A stretch of DNA of 63,435 nucleotides, counting the filler, from Reticulomyxa filosa (taxonomy: Eukaryota > Protista > Foraminifera), in NCBI GenBank assembly GCA_000512085.1. It is 16 parts of 16 records of this genome, joined end to end, with 100 filler letters (N's around TTAATTAATTAA, not from the genome) between each part and the next. Parts side by side here need not be neighbours in the genome. Positions count along the whole stretch, not along the records: positions 48,470 to 52,654 come from ASPP01009010.1; positions 52,755 to 54,875 come from ASPP01011534.1; positions 54,976 to 56,502 come from ASPP01027630.1; positions 56,603 to 61,401 come from ASPP01009011.1; 12 more parts are not named here. One strand, written 5' to 3'. A model generated the notes under the pieces. It worked only from the letters and a program-made list of their open reading frames with translations, was not told where the DNA came from and made no database searches. Below, piece after piece: positions 48,470 to 58,153 of the stretch. Made by a program: the position numbers and the translations under genes. Within the stretch, counting starts at the first letter, position 1. The number at the start of each line of letters is the position of its first letter.

Positions 48470-49624
48470 AATAAATAAATTTATTTATTTATTTATTCAT
48501 ATGTGTATATACTTATTGCCTACGTATAGCTTTTTAATGTAAAAAAAAAAAAAAAACCTATGTTGTCTGACACATTGAGCTGCGAATGGCATGTCTGATT
48601 CGTATTGCCATTGTGCATCGTTACAATCAAAGATGAAATTGGGATGGAATTGTTGCAAATGTTCGATTGGATCCTTTCGGCTTTTACCAGTGTTTCCGTG
48701 GTCAAAAACGGTGCACCGATTGTGAATGTGGAACTCACGTTTGTCGGCATATCGCACCGACGAAATTGTCGGCATATTACTTCCAATGTCGATTGATTGG
48801 ATCTCCAATGCACCTTGGCGAGACTTTTCATTCTCGATTTCAAATTTTTCTAATTCATCGGCTATTTCTTTTTCCAGACCTGTTGCTATTCCTATCGCAA
48901 TTTTTTTTAATTTATTCAATTAGCGATTACGTTTTCAATCCACCGCTCATTTTTTCATTTCCACGAAAGGATTGCAAAAATACAAACAAATACATTTAAA
49001 AAAAAAAAAAAAAAAAAATCACAATGACATACCATCGCATACTACAGCGTGGTAATAAGGCAACATGAAAGACACAAGGCTATTAAGAAACCCCACTCGC
49101 TCTGCATTGGGCTCTTTAAGTTGTACATTTTGCTTGCATTCGTAACCCAGCATTTCTTTCCAAAATATTTCAAATGACTTCATATCGGTACATATCTTAT
49201 GCAAATATTGGTATTCTAAGATTTAACATTTTTTTGTTTGTTGGTTTGTTTTGTGGCTTAATTTTATTTCAAATTGGGTCATTTTGTCGTCAATCAATTC
49301 ATTCGAACATTGCAAAAAAAAAAAAAAAAAAAAAAAAAGGGCGTATTGTGGTAGATAGACTCCATGTAAACGGGCAAACAAATAAAAAATCAGAAAAAGT
49401 AACACAAAAGTTTGCTCACGTTTGCGCAGATTGATTTGGTAGACTTCCAACGCTATCAACCGATTTATCGCCGAAGGAATCGCAAACAATACAAATACCG
49501 CAAACCAAGTCGAAAATACTCCAAAACGAAACCCTAAAGATAACCAAAAGGTCACTAGCAACAAAAAGAGCTTTACTCCTGCAATCTCACTCAAGGACAG
49601 CACTGGTATATCTTTTCGCGACAT
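48470..49624 (-). CDS. SMP-domain protein N-terminus (extended synaptotagmin/tricalbin-like), 3' truncated
   Basis: N-terminal hydrophobic hairpin, then PNAERVGFLNSLVSFMLPYY and LEIQSIDIGSNMPTISSVR, the typical start of an SMP domain. Confidence 0.7.
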
Positions 49625-49819
49625 CTTCAAGAGTTTTTTGATTCTATTGGGGAAATATTTGAAACTCAACAAAATTAAGGCCGAGTAGTGGTTTTTTTCT
49701 TGAGATATTTTTCAATTTTGACAAGGTCGACACCAGAAAAAATAAGTAAGCTAAAAATAGGAAGTTAAAATTGAAATATGTATTTATTTTCACTACTTAT
49801 TAGAATAAATATGTTTGTA

Positions 49820-51392
49820 CAGTAGATTGCAGAAAAAACTGTCATACCTAAATACTACTTTATGAAGAGAATAAATTTTTTCCATGAAAAATAAATATGT
49901 AAACCAATTTTTAAAAATATCTACAAATCTTGTAGTTTTTACTTGAACATTCTTAAAAAAGGAGCAAAAAGATTTCATTATGCTAATACATGTTTGATTT
50001 ATATGTATTAATGCGAAATTTTCAAAAATAACATGAAAAAATTGTTTTTAACCAACCAAAAAAAGCTATTATAAAATCAATTTCATTTTAAAGTATATAT
50101 TTAAAAAATGATTATTATATCTTTCGGAGTTTTTGAAAAATTCAAAACTTTTTAAATTTGAATCTTAGATTTGAAATTTTGTTTGCTATAAAGTTTTTTT
50201 GAGTTTGTATTTATATATTGGCTTGACTGGATATTGGAACTACATGTAATTTTTATAATAAAACAATAGCTACAATGTTCAGCATGTAATTTTTTATTAT
50301 TCTTTATAAATTTCATGATTGAGTTCACAATATACCTTGCATGTGTAACACGTTTGAATCAAAACAAGTCCAAATCATGGCAAAACTTTTATCTATTGAT
50401 TCTGAATCTCTTGCTTTGGTCGTTTTTAAACGTGTTTGATTCAATAACTACAACACAAGTAATCTTTATTTCAAAAAAAATTTTTAAAATAACTGACAGA
50501 CATCTGTCAAAGTAGAAAACTATCATATTCAACAATTCCGAATAAAATTCAAAGGTACATTTGGCCTGTCTATAGAAATATCCAATGCCCAGGTTGCCAG
50601 TACAAATGAAGAGTAAATGCTTTCAGTCTAATCAAGAAAAAAATTTTATGTGTGAATATACACAAATAGTTGTTGTTTTGATTATTTTGTTATTTACTAT
50701 ATTTAAGTTTTTCAAATTATTATGAATATCAGGTGAAATGGTATGCCGTATAATGAGGAAACGCAGTAAATCAGGAATAAATGACACATGAAACTATAAT
50801 CAAAAAAGTGTGTTACTAAGAGCTGCATTTAGAAACAAATACATCTTTATCATATAATAATAATTTATGCTTTTATTGTTGAGAATTTCATATTATCATT
50901 TGCATCAATGATTACATTGTATGTGTATTTATTTGTCGAATAACTGATTCTTTCTTTGTCTACATGAGTATTATATCTATTTTGGACGGGCGGACAAACT
51001 TGTTCATAAGATTAGCGTTTTTGACTACTTGAATCTCCAAAGAAAAAAACTTTATTTTATCTGCAGCTATAACTTTTTTATAATAACATACGATCAGATG
51101 TTTGTACCTGTTTATAAATTTGATAGCATATCAATGTGAATATTCTAATTTTAACTATTTCTTCTTAGTTACTGTAATTAAATCATTTCGAAAAATCAAA
51201 TTTTAAAATTAGAACCAAAAATCCAAAATATAAAAAGATAATTAAACAAATTAAATCCTAAAAAATTTTAATATAAAAACTACAAGATTTATATATTTTT
51301 AAAAACTAATTTAAATGTTTATTTTTCATGGAGAAAATCAATTCTCTTCATAAGGTGGTATTTAGGTGTGCCAGTTTTTCTGCAATCTACTG
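49820..51392. mobile_element. Non-autonomous Tc1/mariner-type DNA transposon, 1573 bp, with about 120-bp terminal inverted repeats and TA target duplication
   Basis: TA|CAGTAGATTGCAGAAAAAACTG... at 49818 and ...CAGTTTTTCTGCAATCTACTG|TA at 51394; TIRs at about 49820-49941 and 51274-51392; no intact ORF inside. Confidence 0.88.
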
Positions 51393-51635
51393 TAGTACGA
51401 AAGAACAAAAGTGGGCCGATCATTGTCAATACATTTAACTTAAATATGATATGTATTATTTGCTTTTTTTAACATGTCTTTGCTTTGATTGTGGCAAAGA
51501 GAGTGGCAGTTTGGATTTTATATCAAATAAGAGCGTGTATTAAAAAGGGTGGGACATTATCTTCAATTATTATTGATCATCGTCTTCAAAAAGTTGTATC
51601 CACTATAAAAAGTTGAAAAATAAAGCGTTAACGCC

Positions 51636-52654
51636 ATGGATAATAAAGACAAGAAAAGTGATACACCGACTGGAATGAAAAATCGACGAAGGTTGGACAG
51701 ATAATGTTTGTGAAAACAGGTGGTAAAAGTTGTATTAGCAACGGGCAGGAAAAAAAACGAAAAAATGAAACAAAAAAACAAAAGATTGTCAAAAAATACC
51801 GCGAAAGAGTTAAAAGCATTAAGTGTGTTATATGGAGACATAATGACGGAGGAAGAAATAAGTGAAAAGCTGAAGGAGCATAAAGGCAATATATTATCAG
51901 CCATTGGGAATATTGTCGAACACAAATTGAAGCCAGAGCAAATCAATTACACACCAATGAAGTAATACATACATATATATATGTATATATGTATATGTAT
52001 ATGCATATATATGTACATAGTTATATACCTTTGCATATGTAAATAGTATTGTGTTGTGTACATAACAATGGACTGAACGAATGAACGCAGGAAACAAGTG
52101 AAAGTATTGCAAAAGTTGTATGGAGACTTGATAACAGAAGAAGAGCTGCGAGAAAAGCTGACGAAATACGATGGGAATACGGACTTGGTAATCCAAGAGA
52201 TTGTCGAAATCCGGACGACGTCACAGCGGACCGATTGGACGAAGAAGGACCCCGTCTACGCGCAAGTGGTCAGTTCGATTGAAGAGATATCCAATCCAAT
52301 TGAAAAATCAGTGGAGTTGCATTTGTTTGTTTATATATATGCATATATACATATACATATACATGTATATATGTGTATATGTTTCCATTATGCCTTATAT
52401 GCATATGTGTGTAATGTACGGATATTGAAATAGGACTGCATTTTGCTGTACGCATGTTGTTGTGCGAACGAAGGGAAAGAGCATTTATTCTTGGACATTT
52501 TGCGCCGATTCGAAGGGGGTATTGATTTTACTCGAGAGTTTGAAATGAATGGATACAAGGTTAAAAAAGGTTTATATATATATATGCATATATATATGTA
52601 CATATATTGTGAATCAAAATGCAAAGATTTGTTTGTTTAAAAAAACGCATAAAT
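51636..52654 (+). CDS. Hypothetical protein with two short helical CUE/UBA-like repeats, 3' truncated
   Basis: Repeats LKALSVLYGDIMTEEEISEKLKEHKGNILSAIGNIVE and VKVLQKLYGDLITEEELREKLTKYDGNTDLVIQEIVE; intron 51692-51784. Confidence 0.55.
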
Positions 52655-52754
52655 NNNNNNNNNNNNNNNNNNNNNNNNNNNNNNNNNNNNNNNNNNNNTT
52701 AATTAATTAANNNNNNNNNNNNNNNNNNNNNNNNNNNNNNNNNNNNNNNNNNNN

Positions 52755-52923
52755 CAAATCTTGTAGTTTTTAAATATTAAATTTGTTTTTTAATAACTAC
52801 AAGATTGTAGATATTTTTTTTAAATAAAAAAAATTAAGGTCTAAATGTTGATTTTTCATGGAGAAAATCAATTATCATCGTATGATATCGTTTTAGGCGT
52901 TCAGTTTTCTTTGCAACCTACTG
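52755..52923. mobile_element. MITE-like copy of the same TIR family (right TIR plus inner end of the left TIR)
   Basis: CAAATCTTGTAGTTTTTA...ACTACAAGATTGTAG...TTTTCATGGAGAAAATCAAT...TTGCAACCTACTG|TA. Confidence 0.75.
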
Positions 52924-53588
52924 TATATACAAATTTTGTATTTTTTAAATATGAAATTGGTTTTATAATAACTTTTTCATATGCTGATCAAAAACATTGT
53001 TTTTTTAAATGGTTTTTAAAATTTTCAGTAATGCATTTAAATCGAACTTGTATTGCCAAGAAGTAATTTTTAAATTTTTGTTTCTTTTTTATGAATTTTC
53101 AAGTCATTTAGATACTTTTAAAAAAGAATTGTCCTTGTATCCTCGTAGTTTTTAAAAAATTCGACAAATAAAATTTAACTTTTTATTTATTGTGAAATTA
53201 AATTTTAGCTTTGCAATTTTATTTGGTGTAAATATTTTTTAATTTTTTTTGAGTTTTGGACAAATTATTGTGTGATTTTTATAATTTAAACAATAAGACG
53301 CAATGCTCAGGATTTATTTTAATAAATTTTATCATTTACTTCATTTTTATCTTGCAGATATGCCTAACTTCTTTTGAACCAAAGCAAGTCAAATCATGAT
53401 ACTACATTTACTAAATCTTGATTTTTTAATTTTAAGATTAACTTTAAAGGCTTGGTTCGACAATTTTCAAGTTATTTATTTCAATCACTTCCACACAATT
53501 TATCTTTGTTTCATCAAAAAAATCATTTCATATAACAATTTAAAATTTGATCTTTGTGTTTGTTTTAAATTTAAAGCTTGCATTAATA

Positions 53589-53708
53589 CAGTCATAAAAA
53601 ACTGAACACCTAAAATGCCACCTTATGAAGATTATTGATTTTCTCCATGAAAAACAGACATTTAATCCTAATTTTTTAAAAAATATCTACAAATGTTGTA
53701 GTTTTTAC
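53589..53708. mobile_element. Solo left TIR of the same family
   Basis: TA|CAGTC...AAAAAACTGAACACCTAAAATGCCACCTTATGAAG...TTTTCTCCATGAAAAA...ATCTACAAATGTTGTAGTTTTTAC matches 49820-49941. Confidence 0.75.
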
Positions 53709-54350
53709 ATTTAAAATTTTTTTTTCAGTGGAGTTGTTATAACAATTTTATAGTGGTATGTTTGACAATTGATATTATTGGTTTTTTTCAAAAAACTTCT
53801 GACTTTCGTTTTTAAGAAAAATCACATTGACTTTTTTAAAAATATAAGCGATGTCTCAAATATCAATTACGACACAAATTCGGACACTAGAAATGCGATA
53901 TGATTCGATGTTATTCCACAACTTCTTTAAAACACGACGTCTAATGGCAAATCATGAACAAGGATCCAGTTTATACATAATTGAACTTTATATAAAAATA
54001 TATTTACATAAATGAATCTCTTTTTTTAACAAAAAAAACTATGTAGCACCACAGCTTTTTATTGATTTTTTTGGAACTTTTTTCATTTGCAGTTACAAAC
54101 AAGTAAAATAAAAAATTATTTCCAACTGGTCCTTTGTTTCTGTAAAGATTGAAACTAGAGGACTAAAAATTAATTTATTTTATAAAAAATTTCCGTTTCT
54201 TGTTCTATTGTTTCACTTTCCAATATTACACAATCACGAAATGTTTGAAATTACCTTGAATAAGCAAAACAACAATAATAACAGTTAGAGATCGAACCTT
54301 TTTTTTTTCCTTTTTTCTAATCATTTTCACTTGGAAAAAACATTACGAAA

Positions 54351-54665
54351 ATGTTTGCATTGCGTTTGCCTGTGCGAACTTGGCATGGCAGTCCTTCTTT
54401 TCTTAAACGCTACTTTGTCGAGCCACAGAATCGCTTGAAGGAGATACTGCGCCAAATCGTTAGAAAAAAAAAACGCCGTAACAGTGATATTGTCTTGCGA
54501 GACATCAGAAACATTAAAAAAAAAGATGAATACATTGAATAGGGAGAAGAACCTCAAAAAGATGAGGGCAATGATGAATCAGAAAAAAACACGAAAAAAA
54601 ATTTGGACGATGTGAAACAACACCGCGAAAGGCGATATGAGCCCCACTCGGCCCATCAAAGAGTT
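54351..54665 (+). CDS. Hypothetical protein first exon with a mitochondrial-presequence-like N-terminus; frameshift in an A-run
   Basis: MFALRLPVRTWHGSPSFLKRY is Arg-rich and lacks acidic residues; the frame is broken near the A-run at about 54515. Confidence 0.35.
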
Positions 54666-55368
54666 AGCGTCTCTCTTTTTTCAGTCCTTGTTTGTCGTTG
54701 TTCATTGTCCCACCAAAGGAAAAAAAAAGGGAGAGAAAACATTGTATGTGAGAAAAGGAAAGAAATTTCAAGGAAAAGAATTTATTTACCACATATGCAT
54801 ATACATTTATTTATATAATATATACATATATATTATATGTATATGTATATATATGAATGTATGTGTATATTGTGGNNNNNNNNNNNNNNNNNNNNNNNNN
54901 NNNNNNNNNNNNNNNNNNNTTAATTAATTAANNNNNNNNNNNNNNNNNNNNNNNNNNNNNNNNNNNNNNNNNNNNCTTCACAAGATGTGTCGTTAAAACA
55001 AATAATAAGTCAATAAAAAATTGTACTTTTGTGGTTCTGAAGTTTGATGCTTAGAAGAATTGATTTATTCAAGTTCATAATATTGTTGTCCAAATGGCCT
55101 CTTTTTTCTTCTGTTCTTTCACCTTTCACTCTCTTCGTTGTCTTTATTTATATATACATATATATATTTTTTTTCCCACATGGTTTCACTGCATACACCA
55201 TTTTTTTCTTTTTTGGAAATGAGTTACTTGCAAAAAGGATTGTTTGTACGAAGAAACACAAACGAAGTGCCGAAACAAAAGGGATTAAAAAGACATTTTC
55301 GAACATGACAAATTTGACATAACAAAAAAAAGAAAAAAAAGACAATTTCCAGTAGTTGTATTCGCGTG

Positions 55369-56307
55369 CTAGTGTGAACTAATCTTTGCCTGAAGAACCT
55401 CTTTTGGCACTTTTAAAGCTGGCAGGCTTACTTTTTTTTTGGTCAGGTTTAGTTTCAGACTGACTTTTCTTGTGATTTTTTTTTTTGGGGGTACCCTTGG
55501 GAGTTTTGTCTTTGGTAGTTTTGTCTCTGGGAGTCCCCCCTCTTGAACTTTTGTCTCTGGGAGTCCCCCCTCTTGAACTTTTTTCTTTGGAAGGCTTGTC
55601 TTTGAAAGATTTTTCTTTGGAAAGTTTATCTTTGGAAGACTTTTCTTTGGAAGATTTCCCTTTGAAGTCTTTTCTTTTTTTGTACCTTTTTTGGATTTGC
55701 CGTCTTTGTCTTTCTTCTTTTTTTTGTCAGTGCCACTTTTGCTTTTCTTTTTTTTGCCACGGCTGTCCTCTTGCTCTTCTTCGTCTTTCTCTATGTCACC
55801 ACCTTCTTCGCCCTCCCCTTCCTTCCCATCTTGTCCATCTGTATTTGGACGCATTTCCTCCAATTTTTTCTCTTCCTCAATCGGCTTGGGCGGGAACTTT
55901 AGTAGCATTTCATTTTCACGTATTTGTTTGACCTGAGTAAAAGGATCTGCACCGCCATATCTGTGCAATCTTTTGTATTCCATTTGTGTGAATGATTTGG
56001 CGGTGAACAAATCCCACAATCCTTCATTGGGAGATTTCAAGTCTTTACTATATAAATCGTAGATTTTTGTTCGAATTGTGTCATGATAGATAAATTGCAC
56101 TCGCACTGAATCCTTCATGTCGTTTGATCCTCCATTACTCATTACCTTTTCCACTATGAAGCCATGGAACCATTGACATCCTTCCGGCAGTCGACACAAT
56201 ACGTGCTCGCCTACGTCCCATTTTTCTCTTGGCTTACTCATTTCCACTACTTGGTACGAGCCTGTCTGTTCTCGATATGTGTGCGTTTTACTTTTTACGC
56301 CACTCAT
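55369..56307 (-). CDS. Protein with a Tudor/Agenet-like domain, an acidic linker and a Lys-rich repetitive tail
   Basis: KWDVGEHVLCRLPEGCQWFHGFIVEK...VRVQF; tail of 5-aa LPKKS-type repeats; may extend further 5'. Confidence 0.6.
   Translation of the reverse strand: MSGVKSKTHTYREQTGSYQVVEMSKPREKWDVGEHVLCRLPEGCQWFHGFIVEKVMSNGGSNDMKDSVRVQFIYHDTIRTKIYDLYSKDLKSPNEGLWDLFTAKSFTQMEYKRLHRYGGADPFTQVKQIRENEMLLKFPPKPIEEEKKLEEMRPNTDGQDGKEGEGEEGGDIEKDEEEQEDSRGKKKKSKSGTDKKKKKDKDGKSKKGTKKEKTSKGNLPKKSLPKINFPKKNLSKTSLPKKKVQEGGLPETKVQEGGLPETKLPKTKLPRVPPKKKITRKVSLKLNLTKKKVSLPALKVPKEVLQAKISSH
55519..55670. repeat. Coding tandem repeats: perfect 30-bp duplication (55519-55578) plus imperfect 15-bp units
   Basis: TTTTGTCTCTGGGAGTCCCCCCTCTTGAAC twice, then xTTTTCTTTGGAAGx-type units. 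Confidence 0.9.
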
Positions 56308-56649
56308 TTTTTTCCTCTTGTGTTCGTTGGACTAGAGCTATGCTCATTTTAGTTGAGCCAAAATAAAAAGTAATAAGCCAGAAACCTGTTGAGGCTGTGC
56401 TGCCATTGTTGCCGACATTTAATGTGAAGAGTTAGATCGCAACAATTATAAATTATGCCGTCTCCTTGGAAATGTTTTTACTCAGTTTCCTCCTCTCCCC
56501 CCNNNNNNNNNNNNNNNNNNNNNNNNNNNNNNNNNNNNNNNNNNNNTTAATTAATTAANNNNNNNNNNNNNNNNNNNNNNNNNNNNNNNNNNNNNNNNNN
56601 NNAAAAAAAAAATTTTTTTTTCAAAAAAAAAAAAAAAAAAAAAAAATCA

Positions 56650-57732
56650 TTCAGTCCTGACAAACGTCCAACTGCGGCGCAAATATGCAATCACGTTCAG
56701 GATATAATAAACGGTGGAAAAGGGACTTTGACACGTGTGAAAGAAGGTGCTCGGCCGGCACAATCATTTGTTGTCTCTTCTCCTCGACAAAAAGTACTAT
56801 TGCCTCGAGACGACCCCGCCTGGGACGATGTGTTCAAAGAGGAAAATGAACACAACCCCAATCCTGACCAGTTTGATAAATCTCTTCACAACGATTTTAA
56901 TAATCTAGATCTGGGATTCTCTGAAAATCAAAAAGATCCCAATTTGCAAAATAAAGATGAAAAACAAGCCAGACAGCATTGGAAAAGCCCAAGTGCAGAT
57001 ATGGCGAAAGCCGACAAAAGGTTTGGATTTTTTTGAATGGGATGCATTTGGTGATAATAAAGTCAATAACGAGCCAAAAGAACCAAAGGCACCAAAAGCG
57101 CCAAATGCGGATCTTAATGAATCTAAGTTACAAGAAGAACAAAAGAAACCTCCTAAAAATGCTGAAGACGAAATGGAGGGAATCCCTGTGGCCGAGGCTG
57201 AGGTTGAAGTCGAAGAGGAAGATTTTGATGTTGATTTTTCAAAGAATGACAAAGACCAACCCTCCAAAGTTTGAGCCAACCACTTTTTTTTTTCTTTTGT
57301 TTTATTTTATGTTCGCAAACTAAAGACCAGGATAAAATCACTTTCTTGTTCATTACAAAGATTGTAAAGAACGTCCAAAAAGCTGACGATGCATTATTTG
57401 ACCAGTTATTTGATAATGACATTTTTGAGAATAGCAAAAAACCAGAAAAACCAGATAAACCAGCCCCAGCGCCACCAATTGATGATTTACTACAAATGGA
57501 AAATATCGATAACATACTCTCCCCAGAAAATAACCAAGATAAGCAAAAAAAAGGAGCTCATGAACCGCGGCCATCAATGCATGAAGAAGACTTAACAAAA
57601 GTATTTGCTCGCGAATTATCTACAATGAGGGGAATGGGCTTTGAAAATAATGAAATAAACGTTGTAGCGCTTCAGCAAGCCAAAGGAGATGTAAATTTGG
57701 CCATTCACTTTTTGGTTTCTCAACAACAATGA
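56650..57732 (+). CDS. C-terminal part of a probable protein kinase with an acidic disordered tail and a C-terminal UBA domain
   Basis: PDKRPTAAQI (like kinase subdomain XI); UBA LSTMRGMGFENNEINVVALQQAKGDVNLAIHFL; frameshift at the T7 run near 57028-57034. Confidence 0.65.
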
Positions 57733-58153
57733 TTTTTTTCCCTCCTCTCTGCATGTGACACTTTTTGAGTATTCGTCTATGTGCACATTTTCCTGATTCC
57801 AGGACCACATCTTTGATATATTATAAGTGACAAATTAGACAGCAACTCTTTTCTAATAATGTTTTTCATGATCTTGTTTATGTGTTTTTGTTCCTTAATT
57901 TTTCACATGGCAATTAGTGACACTTGTGTTAATTTTGGAATGCATCCATGAACTGTTTGGCTTTGCAGTGTAGCATTTTTTCTTGTTTCGAAATACAAGA
58001 ATGCTCCTTCCCCTCGCGTATTGGAAATATCGAAGAAACAGGCCTCGAATTGACTGAGTCATTTATAACATTTTCTCATGATTTTAAATAAATAAATAAA
58101 AAAAATTTCCAAGTTTGACAAAACAAGAAAGAAAAAGCCATTTTCAATGAACA

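Noticed and set aside
49940-51275. Transposase ORF inside the TIR element
   Set aside because: No ORF of useful length and no DDE or HTH motif recognisable by eye.
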